From positions 10,714-74,713 of the forward strand of contig JAZDJS010000048.1 of NCBI GenBank assembly GCA_043803745.1: a stretch of 64,000 nt of DNA, written 5' to 3'. Origin of the DNA: an archaeon. Its GTDB lineage: Archaea > SpSt-1190 > DYHY01. Under the pieces are notes generated by a model. The model ran no database searches and was not told the origin of the DNA. It was given only the letters and a program-made list of their open reading frames with translations. This document shows positions 28,147 to 37,183 of this stretch, piece after piece. Each line of letters starts with the position of its first letter. The stretch's first letter is position 1. The position numbers were made by a program, and so were the translations under genes.

Positions 28147-29502
28147 GTGGTGGTTCAGTTCATCGGGGAGCTGGGGCTTTCCGGAACTGAGCGGATAGAA
28201 GATGAGGCTGGGGCAAAGGAGCTCCTGGAAAAATATTACGGAGAACTCGAGATTGGGACGGAGTCTCCGGGACGCGAGGCGGTCAAGACAATGGCTCTCC
28301 TGCAGTGGGGAGCGACCGCTGCGCCTGAGGAGGCCCGGAAGATTGCGGATTGGACTGATCCAACGAGGACCGTCAGGACGGGGAACGTCGGAGTGCAGGG
28401 GCTCCTTAGGAAAGGGGATCTGACAACTTCTGCGTCCTTTGCAATGGCTGAATGGGGACCGGTCGACACTCCCGCTGGATATTCCCCGCTGAGGATAATT
28501 AAGGGTGAGCTGGAAGGGGAATTCCTTCCTTTGGGAATAATCGGGCCGGACGGAAAGGGGCTGGGAGAATTTCTTGCAAGGAGGGCGCGCAGTTGGTATG
28601 AAAAAAAGCTCCCCTCGGGAGGCTTGCTGACTGCAGCCTTCCTGGAGGAGGGGGCTTTCTCGGAAGATGGCCTTTCCGGGAACTTGATGGCAGGACTTCC
28701 ATATGCCTGTTCAGTTCAAGCCCAGGGCGGTTGTGTTTTCTGCCCCTTTGGGAAAGGGGAGACTGGAATACCGACAGCGGAGGATTTCGGCTTTGCAGCA
28801 GTTGAGGCGGTCGGGAGGAACGGCGGAAGGACGACAATTACAATAACCGCAGGGAACACTGGCAGGCCGGAGCGGGGACTGGAACGGTATTTGCCGGTTC
28901 TTTCGGAAATACGAGAGAGGCTAATTGAGGCGGGACTGAAACCGCCCCCAATACAGCTTGAAGTCTCTCCGCCCAATTGGGAAGTGCTTGGCTATCTGGG
29001 AGTTGAGGAGCTTTTCGGGAAGCTCATTGAGCTCGGCGTCACATCGCTTATGCTCAATCCCGAGATTCCCATAACGCCTGAAAACGCAAGGGAGCGGGAA
29101 GTTCGCCTAAAGTCAAAAGGCAGCATTCCGGAATCGGATTACCTCCGATCCTGGGAGCTTGCAAAGAAAATGGATCTTGGAACGGCAGGCGTCCTAATCT
29201 GGGGCCTCGGAGGAGAGGCTGCGGATTATCGGGATTTCTCCGCCCTTGAAGCATACAAATCGGGCGTTGATAAAATGGCATCAGTCGGAGCATATCCAGT
29301 CTCCCTCGCACTGAGGCCGCGGGGGGCGTTGATGGGAAAATACGCACCGCCTCCGTTGAAGGGGCAAGTCGAGCTTGTCATTTATTCGGCGAATGTGTGT
29401 GCTAAAGCGGGAATTTCCCCCCCTCCGGGCTGTTCAAAATGTTCGGCCTGCGGGCCTGACGGGGTTGCATACGACCTTGCCTTGAAGGGGGAATTGAAAT
29501 GA
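28147..29502 (+). CDS. Radical SAM enzyme with CX7CX2C motif (MSMEG_0568-like)
   Basis: CSVQAQGGCVFC, TITAG, LIWGLG, LRP.GALM and C-terminal GCSKCSAC. Confidence 0.8.
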   Translation: MVVQFIGELGLSGTERIEDEAGAKELLEKYYGELEIGTESPGREAVKTMALLQWGATAAPEEARKIADWTDPTRTVRTGNVGVQGLLRKGDLTTSASFAMAEWGPVDTPAGYSPLRIIKGELEGEFLPLGIIGPDGKGLGEFLARRARSWYEKKLPSGGLLTAAFLEEGAFSEDGLSGNLMAGLPYACSVQAQGGCVFCPFGKGETGIPTAEDFGFAAVEAVGRNGGRTTITITAGNTGRPERGLERYLPVLSEIRERLIEAGLKPPPIQLEVSPPNWEVLGYLGVEELFGKLIELGVTSLMLNPEIPITPENAREREVRLKSKGSIPESDYLRSWELAKKMDLGTAGVLIWGLGGEAADYRDFSALEAYKSGVDKMASVGAYPVSLALRPRGALMGKYAPPPLKGQVELVIYSANVCAKAGISPPPGCSKCSACGPDGVAYDLALKGELK

Positions 29503-29882
29503 AGGGAGCCGTTCCGAAAAAGCTCGGACCGTATTCCCTGGGGGCCTCTGCCAGAGGCCTCTCTCTCTTTTTTTCCTCCGGGGAGACCGGAACTGACCCG
29601 AAAACAGGGAAGCTTGAGAAAGGGATTGCAGCGCAGGCTAGACGGACTCTTGAGAATATCGAGGCAATTCTCTTGCAAAAAGGGCTCTCCCGCAGGAACG
29701 TCGTGAAGGCAACTGTCTACCTGACCGATCTCCGGAATTTCGCGGAATTCAACGGAGTATACCGCAGGTTCTTCGGGGAATCTCTCCCGGCGCGGACGTG
29801 TGTCGGGGTGAGCGAACTTGTCGGCGGGGCTTTCGTAGAGGTAGAAGTTGTCGCGTCAAGGAAGGTTGGAAGATGGGATTAA
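29499..29882 (+). CDS. ridA: RidA/YjgF enamine deaminase
   Basis: GPYS, VVKATVYL.D, FNGVY..FF, PARTCVGV, VEVE. Confidence 0.92.
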   Translation: MKGAVPKKLGPYSLGASARGLSLFFSSGETGTDPKTGKLEKGIAAQARRTLENIEAILLQKGLSRRNVVKATVYLTDLRNFAEFNGVYRRFFGESLPARTCVGVSELVGGAFVEVEVVASRKVGRWD

Positions 29883-30889
29883 TTGACCTGAGATATGGCA
29901 CTAATCCAATTCCCCTTGACAATGCGGCAATTGCAAGTATTGCTGCAGAAGCGGTGCGGAAACTGAACGAATATCCCGACCAAAGCTGCACGAAAATCAA
30001 GCGGGCAATTGCGAAAAGCCTCGGCAGGGGTTTTTCTTCCGGCAACGTCCTGGTTGGGAATGGGTTGGACTCGGTGATAAACACTATTGCCGAGTCGGTC
30101 CTCGGAGGTAGGAAGGGAAACGGCGCGGTAGCGGTGCCGTCGTTCTACGTTTTCTCGGCGGCAATGAGGAAGCTGGGGGCGCGGGTGCTGGAGTTCCCGC
30201 TTTCGGAGGGGACTTTCTCTTTGGATGTCCGTAAGTTCTCCGATGAGATGAAGCAGCGCGGCACAGACCTTTGCTTCCTCGCCAACCCCAACAATCCGAC
30301 GGGGAACCTCCTGATACAAGACAAGAGCGGCTTGCTGAAACTGGCCGGCTCCTGCAAGCTCTTGATTGTCGACGAGTGCTATTACGGCTTCTGCAAGCAG
30401 ACATTTGTCAGGGAGACGCTCGAGCTCGAAAATCTCGTCGTCCTAAGGAGCCTCTCGAAATCGTACGGCCTGGCAGGCCTGCGCCTCGGATACGCAGTCT
30501 CTCGGAAGGAGAACATAGAACGCCTTGGCAGGGTCGCCTCCGCCTGCAGGCCGTTCGACGCCGGAACAATTTCCCAGGAAATTGGCACGTGGGCAGTGGG
30601 AAGGAAGAACCGTCTCGCGGAGTTCGCGCAACTGAAAGACGATTTCCTCCGGCTGCTCAGGGATTCCTGCGGAGCAGAGGTCAGTGGCACAGAGACCTCC
30701 TTCCTTCTTCTGAAGGTCGCAGACTCGGAGGAATTCGGTAAGAGACTGGCTTTGGAAGGGGTCCTTGTCAACACCCTCGCACCCTACAAGATGGGCGAGA
30801 GATATGTGCGGATAGGGATACCTCCTCGCAGACTTTTCGCAAAGGTCGCAAAGGCTGTAGTACGGGCGACAAACAATAATAAAGGGTGA
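29873..30889 (+). CDS. HisC/CobD-like class II PLP-dependent aminotransferase
   Basis: EYPD, GNG, NPNNPTG, IVDECY, RSLSKSYGLAGLRLGY (PLP lysine). Confidence 0.9.
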   Translation: MGLIDLRYGTNPIPLDNAAIASIAAEAVRKLNEYPDQSCTKIKRAIAKSLGRGFSSGNVLVGNGLDSVINTIAESVLGGRKGNGAVAVPSFYVFSAAMRKLGARVLEFPLSEGTFSLDVRKFSDEMKQRGTDLCFLANPNNPTGNLLIQDKSGLLKLAGSCKLLIVDECYYGFCKQTFVRETLELENLVVLRSLSKSYGLAGLRLGYAVSRKENIERLGRVASACRPFDAGTISQEIGTWAVGRKNRLAEFAQLKDDFLRLLRDSCGAEVSGTETSFLLLKVADSEEFGKRLALEGVLVNTLAPYKMGERYVRIGIPPRRLFAKVAKAVVRATNNNKG

Positions 30890-30908
30890 GGAAAAAGTGA
30901 ACAGAAAA

Positions 30909-32699
30909 ATGGCGAACGATTCATTCCAGCCCCCGAGGGGGACGCGCGACCTCCTCCCGAAGGAGCTTTCGGTGAGGAACAGGATTTGCGAAATACTTTC
31001 CGGGACTGCCGAAACGTACGGCTTTGGGCCGATAGACACCCCGGTTTTCGAGAATTTCGACTTCCTTGCGAAAAAGTCCGGGCCCGAGGTGAAGGAGCAG
31101 ATATACTATTTCAAGGACAAGGCGGGGCGCGAGCTCGGGCTCAGGTTTGATTTCACCGTCCCCATTGCAAGGCTTGTCATGAACAACCCCCAGCTGCCGA
31201 AACCTCTCCGGCTTTACGTCCTTGACAAGGCATGGAGATATGAGGAAATCTCGGCAGGCAGGTTCAGGGAGTTCTCCCAGTTGGACGTCGAGATACTCGG
31301 CTCGAAAGAGCTTATTGTCGATGCCGAGACAATCGCCGTCGGCGTCGCCCTCCTGACCGTTTTCGGGATCCCGAAAATAAAGGTGAAGATAAACAACAGG
31401 GAAATCCTTGACGGCTTTGCCAAAAGCATCGGGATTTCCGAGGGCTCTGCTCGGGACGATTTCTTCAGGACAATTGACAAAAGGGAGAAGCTTTCCGAAT
31501 CGGCGTTCCGGGAGGCGCTCGGGAAGCTGGGGCTTTCCGAGGAAACCGCAGGGCAGGTTTCGGAATATTGCGGCCTTTCCGGAGAGGCCGGGGATGTGAT
31601 CAAGCGGGCTGAAAAGCTGCTCAACCAGAATTCCTTGATTTCCGGCGGGATCGAGAAGCTGAAGAAACTTTTCAGCCTCCTCAAGAATTACGGGGTTGAG
31701 AAATACTGCGAGCTTGACCTCTCGATTGCAAGGGGGCTGGATTATTACACTGGCATCATCTTCGAGGTCAAGGCGGGGAACTACGGGCTTTCGATTATCG
31801 GCGGCGGCAGATATGACAAGCTCATCGGGCTTTACTCGGGAGAGGAAATGCCTGCGACCGGCTTTGCAATGGGCATTGACCGGCTTTACGAGCTTCTTGG
31901 GAAGGAAGGGCGGCTGCCGGCATCGGGCTCGGGAAGCAAGGCGCTCGTGGTTCCGATCGGGGAACCCGCGCTTCCAAAGGCAATCGAGCTTGTCCAGGGA
32001 ATCAGGCTTGCCGGGGTCAACTCGGAAATAGACGTCATGGGGCGGAGCGTTGGGAAGAACCTCGAGTTCGCCGACAAGGCGAAGATGCCTTTTGCGGTAA
32101 TCGTCGGGGAGAAGGAGCTTTCGGCGCGCAAGGCAACGGTGAAGGATCTCCGGACCGGGGAAAGCGAGGCTGTGGATTTCGCGCAAGTCCCTTTCTACAT
32201 CGCCGGGAAACTGAGCAGGGATTTCGAGGTTCCGGGCAAGTCCGAAGAGAAAACTTCTGCAATCGCGGGTTCGGGGGATTTCAAGGCGCGCCTCCACACG
32301 GCAGACCACATCCTTACGGGCGTTCTTGGTCAGCTTGCAAAGGGCTTCGAGGAACGGGCGCTGGAATTTGCGGAAACCCACTGCAGGTGGGATTGCGTCT
32401 CGGATGACGACTTGAGGAAGCTGAAGGCGGAAATCGAGAAAAGCGTGAACGAGATTATTTCTCGGAATCTGCAGGTTTCGCAAAAGGAGATTCCGAGGGC
32501 CGAAGCTGAGGAAAAATTCGGTAAGCTCAGGGCCCCAAAGGAGCTTGAGGAAATAACCGTCTACGAAATAGCCGGCTTCAACGAGCTTCCTTGCGGAGGC
32601 CCCCACGTCCGAAGCACGGCGCAGGTCGGCAAGTTCAAAATCCTGAAAATTGAGAAGAAAGGGGCGAAAGCCTGGTCGATAAGGTATACTGTTGAATAA
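30909..32699 (+). CDS. hisS: Histidyl-tRNA synthetase with a C-terminal AlaX/tRNA_SAD editing-like domain
   Basis: PRGTRD, LRFDFT, GRFREFSQ, RGLDYYTG, GGGRYD, GFAMGIDRL and anticodon domain, then LHTADHIL and LPCGGPHV in the same frame. Confidence 0.95.
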   Translation: MANDSFQPPRGTRDLLPKELSVRNRICEILSGTAETYGFGPIDTPVFENFDFLAKKSGPEVKEQIYYFKDKAGRELGLRFDFTVPIARLVMNNPQLPKPLRLYVLDKAWRYEEISAGRFREFSQLDVEILGSKELIVDAETIAVGVALLTVFGIPKIKVKINNREILDGFAKSIGISEGSARDDFFRTIDKREKLSESAFREALGKLGLSEETAGQVSEYCGLSGEAGDVIKRAEKLLNQNSLISGGIEKLKKLFSLLKNYGVEKYCELDLSIARGLDYYTGIIFEVKAGNYGLSIIGGGRYDKLIGLYSGEEMPATGFAMGIDRLYELLGKEGRLPASGSGSKALVVPIGEPALPKAIELVQGIRLAGVNSEIDVMGRSVGKNLEFADKAKMPFAVIVGEKELSARKATVKDLRTGESEAVDFAQVPFYIAGKLSRDFEVPGKSEEKTSAIAGSGDFKARLHTADHILTGVLGQLAKGFEERALEFAETHCRWDCVSDDDLRKLKAEIEKSVNEIISRNLQVSQKEIPRAEAEEKFGKLRAPKELEEITVYEIAGFNELPCGGPHVRSTAQVGKFKILKIEKKGAKAWSIRYTVE

Positions 32700-32742
32700 C
32701 TGCAACAAAAAGAATAAAAGCAAGCGCCGTCTGCCCTGGGCG

Positions 32743-33522
32743 ATGGAACTTGTCAAGCTATTCCGGAACATAAAGGAGAATTTCTTTTTCTCGGCGGTTT
32801 TCCTTGCAACCCTCGTCGGGGGCATCCTTGCAATGATCTACAAGCCGCTCCTTCCCGAAGTCGAAATCCTGAAGGGCACGTTCTGGCTTTTCGGCCTTTC
32901 CCTCCAGGCAACGGTGATAATCTTGTGGATAGGGGGCTACCTGCTCTACAGATGGAACCTCGGGAAAAGAAAGAACAGCACCCAGCTTGTCTGGGGGGTT
33001 TCATTCCTGCTCTACTCAGTTGTCTTCATTGGGATGGCCCTGCAGGCCCTTGGATTTGGGTTCGCTGACGCCAAACTCCCCTGGATTTTCTTCGTTTACA
33101 GGCAGTTCATGATCTTGTGGCTTGCCGGAATTTATTGGGGGCTTGCCGGAATTGTTTTCGCAAAGGAGAACAGACTTGCCCGGATTCTGCCGACGGCGGC
33201 AATACTCCTCATTGGCTATGGGATTTTCGCAAACGGGCTCTTCATTGTCAAGGATGTGGAGTACACGATGTACAGCTTCCTTTACCTGCTGTTCGTTCCG
33301 GTGTGCTTCATCCTTTCCCGGATTTTCTGGAAATATGCCCAGCTTGCCTCGGCAACCTTCGCAAGATACCTTTCAATCGGCTTTGCGGGCATCGGCATAA
33401 CATATCTTGCATGGGCGCCCTGGCACAAGACAACCTTCTATTTCGTCTGGTTTTTCCTGTATGTCCTTTCGCTGATTCCGCTTCTTGTCGGCTTCCTTGG
33501 CGCGGGGCAGAAGAGCACTTAG
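32743..33522 (+). CDS. Polytopic (about 7-8 TM) sensor-like membrane protein without a cytoplasmic output domain
   Basis: Continuous TM helices; the ORF ends right after the last TM. Confidence 0.75.
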   Translation: MELVKLFRNIKENFFFSAVFLATLVGGILAMIYKPLLPEVEILKGTFWLFGLSLQATVIILWIGGYLLYRWNLGKRKNSTQLVWGVSFLLYSVVFIGMALQALGFGFADAKLPWIFFVYRQFMILWLAGIYWGLAGIVFAKENRLARILPTAAILLIGYGIFANGLFIVKDVEYTMYSFLYLLFVPVCFILSRIFWKYAQLASATFARYLSIGFAGIGITYLAWAPWHKTTFYFVWFFLYVLSLIPLLVGFLGAGQKST

Positions 33523-33534
33523 GGGGGTTTCAGA

Positions 33535-33864
33535 GTGGGTTCCGTCGAAAATAAAATCGCTTATGAGCTGATTGAGAAAGCGAAATCGACGATAGGCGGG
33601 ACTGCGCTGACAATTGCCGAATCGGAAGGCCTGAAGATATCTAAGGGTTCCGTTGAAACCGAACGGACCGGATACCTGGAAAAGCTTGTGGAAGCTTTCA
33701 AGAGGATAATAGGTCCTGTTGCGAAAAATTTTGCAATCCAGGGGGCGCAGGCAGCCCTGGCCGGATTTGAAAAGCCCGAGATTGACCGGGAACTCCCGAA
33801 CCTTCCGGAGTGGGCAAGGCCGTCTGTTGCAGCCAAGCTTTCCGGGTTTTTCGGAGAGTTCTGA
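33535..33864 (+). CDS. Small helical protein with an internal (S/R)(T/I)IG(G/P).A repeat
   Basis: KSTIGGTA / KRIIGPVA duplicated motif; 12 bp after the membrane gene. Confidence 0.7.
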   Translation: MGSVENKIAYELIEKAKSTIGGTALTIAESEGLKISKGSVETERTGYLEKLVEAFKRIIGPVAKNFAIQGAQAALAGFEKPEIDRELPNLPEWARPSVAAKLSGFFGEF

Positions 33865-33926
33865 TTCCCGACTCCTGAATCCCCCGGAAAAAGGATTAAA
33901 AAAGGGGCGCGCGAGCGCGCTTTCCA

Positions 33927-35135
33927 ATGGAAAGCAAGAAGCTGCGGGAGAAGGTTCTCGTATCCCTGAACATCTTCCTCCAGCTCTTGGGGCATTCCCT
34001 TTACGGGGTTTTCATCCCGATTTTCCTTCTGAAGGAGGGCGCAACCCTTCCGGAGGTTTTCATTTACGGGGCAATGGACGGTCTCGGAACCCTCGGGGGG
34101 GCTCTTGTCGGCCCGGCGGCAGTCAAAAAGTTCGGGGTGAAATTCCCGCTCGTTTTCAGGGCGCTCTTCCAACCGCTCTGGGTTGTCGGGCTTTTGAACC
34201 ATGGAAAGCTTCCTTTCCCTCTTCCGGCATATGGGTTCGTTTTCGGGGCGTTCACTTCAGTCTACTGGCTTGCGATAAACGCATACACGATTGAGGCAAG
34301 CAGCAAGAAGGAAAGGGGCCTCTTCTCGGGAATTTCCTCCGCAATGGTCTGGATTGCATCCATAATAGCGCCGCTGATAGGCGCGTTCATAATCGGGAAG
34401 TTCGGATATTCGGCCGTCTTCAGCCTGGCAATTGCGGTAATTCTCCTCGCGCTTGTCCCCGCCCTTCTTCTCCCGAGGCTGCGGCTTCTGGACGGGGCGC
34501 AAACCCGGACGATTCCGAAGAAGGGCGGCGGAACTGGGCGGCGGAACGAGATCCTCGGGGCATTTCTCCTTATGTATGCGATACTCGGCGTCGGCGGACT
34601 TGCGACATATTACGCATGGCCGCTTTATCTTTACTCGGTCTTCGGGGGGGAACTCCAGATAGGCCTCCTTGCATCGCTAGGTTCCTTCTTCGGCCTTGCT
34701 GGCGCGCTCTTCGGGGGCTGGTTCGCCGACAAGATGAGCAAGACCCGGCTTGTCGCAGCGTCTGGCAGCGTCCTCTTCTTCAGCTGGGTTCTCTCGGCAG
34801 CGTTCACAAGCGCGCTGGCGCTCTCGATTGTCGTTTCTTTCCGGAGATTCGCTGACGAAGTCACCGGAAACGCGCTTTTCGCCAAGTTCGGGAACCTTTT
34901 CGCGCGGGACAACCTGATCATCCGGATAGCCCAGAAACATTTCGCTCTCGGAGCGGGCCTTGCTCTTGCGGGCGCTTTGGCCTGCTTCGTCTCAATCAGG
35001 ACTTTTTTCGTTCTTGTCGGAATCCTCTTCCTCGTCTATGCCGCAGCAATCTCGGGCACGGTCTTCCGGACGGGGAGAAAGCTCGCGCTCCCCAGGGGAA
35101 TGCTGATTTTCCTTGAGCGATTTTACCAGAACTAG
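33927..35135 (+). CDS. MFS transporter
   Basis: 12 TM helices; KKERG, IAPLIGAFII and GGWFADKMSK motifs. Confidence 0.9.
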   Translation: MESKKLREKVLVSLNIFLQLLGHSLYGVFIPIFLLKEGATLPEVFIYGAMDGLGTLGGALVGPAAVKKFGVKFPLVFRALFQPLWVVGLLNHGKLPFPLPAYGFVFGAFTSVYWLAINAYTIEASSKKERGLFSGISSAMVWIASIIAPLIGAFIIGKFGYSAVFSLAIAVILLALVPALLLPRLRLLDGAQTRTIPKKGGGTGRRNEILGAFLLMYAILGVGGLATYYAWPLYLYSVFGGELQIGLLASLGSFFGLAGALFGGWFADKMSKTRLVAASGSVLFFSWVLSAAFTSALALSIVVSFRRFADEVTGNALFAKFGNLFARDNLIIRIAQKHFALGAGLALAGALACFVSIRTFFVLVGILFLVYAAAISGTVFRTGRKLALPRGMLIFLERFYQN

Positions 35136-35617
35136 ACTCTCAGCCGCTTTACCTTTGCAAGTTTTTCCTTGTATTTCGGCAGAGTTACTGAAAGGACGCC
35201 TTCCTTGAGATCCGGTTTCGCGCGCTCGGGAACCACAAGATAGGGCAGGGAAACTGACTTGTAATACGCGGAATTCCGGTTCTTCGCGGAAACCGTTATT
35301 GTGTGGTCCGTCACCTCAAGGCAGATTTCGCTTTTCTTAAAGCCGGCGAGCCCGTCGAAGGAAACCTTGGTTGCGTTGGGAGAATCGTGCATTTTCATTC
35401 CCCCGGAGAAATGGGCGAGCTTCTTCTCCATCTCCGCGAAGCGCGCGGACATTTCCTTCTCGAATGATAGGAACTTTCTCTCGAAAAGGGAGGGCGTCAG
35501 GATTGCTGGAAGGCGCTTTTTCTGCTTCTGTCTCGGCTTCTGCTGCCGCTTTGCAATCTTTCCGCTTTTCCTCGTTGATTTTGATGACTTGTGGTGGGGG
35601 TGGTGCTTCTTTGCCAT
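35132..35617 (-). CDS. Small heat-shock protein (Hsp20) with a basic N-terminal tail
   Basis: G.KKSEI, YYKSVSLP..V.P, EGVLSVTLPK alpha-crystallin motifs. Confidence 0.85.
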   Translation of the reverse strand: MAKKHHPHHKSSKSTRKSGKIAKRQQKPRQKQKKRLPAILTPSLFERKFLSFEKEMSARFAEMEKKLAHFSGGMKMHDSPNATKVSFDGLAGFKKSEICLEVTDHTITVSAKNRNSAYYKSVSLPYLVVPERAKPDLKEGVLSVTLPKYKEKLAKVKRLRV

Positions 35618-35795
35618 CCTCTTTCGAGCGGGTTGAGGGTTAAAAATGTAACTCAACAGAGGGGCTGTAAACGGGCTGATTTTAAACTTACGACAGTTAG
35701 ATTGAAAAGGCGAATAATGAGCAAGAGGCCACCGAAGGTCAGAAAAACCCGAGCCCTGGATGAACTATTTAAAAGGGGTCAATAATACTGTCTCA

Positions 35796-36407
35796 ATGAC
35801 TTTGCTTCTAGCAACGCTTGAACTCGACGGCGCCAAAGTGCGGGGAATCCTTTCCGCTGACGGGCATGAGACTTCCGAGGACGGACATTATGTGGTTGAA
35901 AAGAATTTCGTCAAGCTTGCCCGATATGGCGATGCTGCTGTCCTGGGGGCTGCCGGGCTTGCCTCAGGCTGCAAAAAAAATGTCGCCGCTTTTGAAAAAA
36001 GGGGCTTTCCGGGCGTAATGGAGATTATTGATACGGATTTTTTGGTAATACAGCCGGCTTTGTTTAAGGAGCCGGCGTGGATGAGTGTTTGGCACAGCCA
36101 TCACAAACGGGATTACGGTCAATTCCGGATTTATTTCCCGCTGAGCGTTTTCTCCTCAGCAGGATTCGAATGGGAAACGGGCGGGATTTACGGCGTCGGC
36201 GGAACCGGCGAAGAAATGAGGAAATTGAGGGCTTGTTTCGGGGTTCGCGAGCAGGAGGTCCTTTCGGAAATTCCCCCCGTTCCCAACGCGCTTGAACTCC
36301 ATGAATATTTCTTCCGCCACCTGGTCGACTATGTGGGAATAGGCCCCGAATACATGCGCTACGAGCTTTCTGAGGCGAGCTGGAAGGGTCCGATTTTTCT
36401 TGGGTAG
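35796..36407 (+). CDS. Hypothetical protein with an Ntn-hydrolase/proteasome-beta-like N-terminus
   Basis: M-TLLLA...GILSADG...KL...AVLGAAG...YGVGG pattern; TATA-like TATTTAAA at 35766. Confidence 0.55.
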   Translation: MTLLLATLELDGAKVRGILSADGHETSEDGHYVVEKNFVKLARYGDAAVLGAAGLASGCKKNVAAFEKRGFPGVMEIIDTDFLVIQPALFKEPAWMSVWHSHHKRDYGQFRIYFPLSVFSSAGFEWETGGIYGVGGTGEEMRKLRACFGVREQEVLSEIPPVPNALELHEYFFRHLVDYVGIGPEYMRYELSEASWKGPIFLG

Positions 36408-36417
36408 GCGGTCCCGC

Positions 36418-36432
36418 AAAACTTTAAAAAGC
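36418..36432 (+). promoter_or_regulatory. BRE/TATA promoter of the rpl37ae operon
   Basis: AAAACTTTAAAAAGC ending about 24 bp before the ATG. Similar elements precede 8914, 39705, 40429, 41133, 48318, 49138 and 62781. Confidence 0.65.
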
Positions 36433-36455
36433 CGTTTAGCGGGCGTTTCCTAGTT

Positions 36456-36764
36456 ATGGCAACCAAAAAATCAATGACTTCGGCACGGTTTGGCGTTCGC
36501 TACGGCACAAAGGTCCGCAAGAGGATTGCGGAAATCGAGGCTCTCCAGAAGAAGAAGCACGACTGCCCGGTATGCCACTACAGCCGCGTTTCCCGCCTTT
36601 CGATGGGAATCTGGCAGTGCAAACACTGCAACGCGAAATTCGCCGGCGGCGCATGGACCCCGAAGACGGAAACCGTGATGCCAATTGCCCAAGCTGCAAA
36701 AGCCGAGAGGGGCTTCGAGACTGATGCGAGCGAGTTCGAGGAACCGCTTAAGAAGAGAAAGTGA
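36456..36764 (+). CDS. rpl37ae: 50S ribosomal protein L37Ae (eL43)
   Basis: RFGVRYG, CPVC, GIWQCKHC, FAGGAW. Confidence 0.96.
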   Translation: MATKKSMTSARFGVRYGTKVRKRIAEIEALQKKKHDCPVCHYSRVSRLSMGIWQCKHCNAKFAGGAWTPKTETVMPIAQAAKAERGFETDASEFEEPLKKRK

Positions 36765-36790
36765 AGAAGAGGAAGAGGAGATTCCCAGAA

Positions 36791-36925
36791 ATGTACAAAT
36801 GCATGAAATGCGGAAAGGAAGTTGCTCTCGATTCGAATGAGAAGCGGATACGCTGCCCCTATTGCGGCTACAAGATTCTCGTGAAGCAGAGAAGCGGCGC
36901 AGTGAAAACGGTCAAATCCAGATAA
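36791..36925 (+). CDS. rpoP: RNA polymerase subunit P (Rpo12; 44 aa, absent from the ORF track)
   Basis: MYKCMKCGKEV...IRCPYCGYKILVKQR; conserved position after rpl37ae. Confidence 0.95.
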   Translation: MYKCMKCGKEVALDSNEKRIRCPYCGYKILVKQRSGAVKTVKSR

Positions 36926-37182
36926 TGGTCGGGAAGAAGGGCGGAGAAGTTTCGGCAACTGTCAAGCTTCCTGGGGGAGCGCCCCTTGAGAAAAACCTGA
37001 AAGCCGAACTTGCGGCGGAAAGGGGGGTTTCTGTTGCGAAATCCGGCAAGGCGGTGGAAATAACAGTTTCCAAGGGAGCGGAATCCTGGGCAACGCTGAG
37101 GTCGAAGGTCAACACGACCCTCCGGATTGTTGAAACCGTGGAAAACACTATTAAGGGGATTGCGGGCAAGGAAAAGGATTGA
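36925..37182 (+). CDS. pcc1: KEOPS subunit Pcc1-like protein
   Basis: LRSKVNTTLR motif; synteny between rpoP and prefoldin beta. Confidence 0.7.
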   Translation: MVGKKGGEVSATVKLPGGAPLEKNLKAELAAERGVSVAKSGKAVEITVSKGAESWATLRSKVNTTLRIVETVENTIKGIAGKEKD

Positions 37183-37183
37183 A

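Noticed and set aside
30921-32825. 634-aa minus-strand ORF (also 15478-16518, 15767-16888, 17691-18803, 51964-52893)
   Set aside because: Antisense shadows of well-supported genes, with no recognisable motifs.
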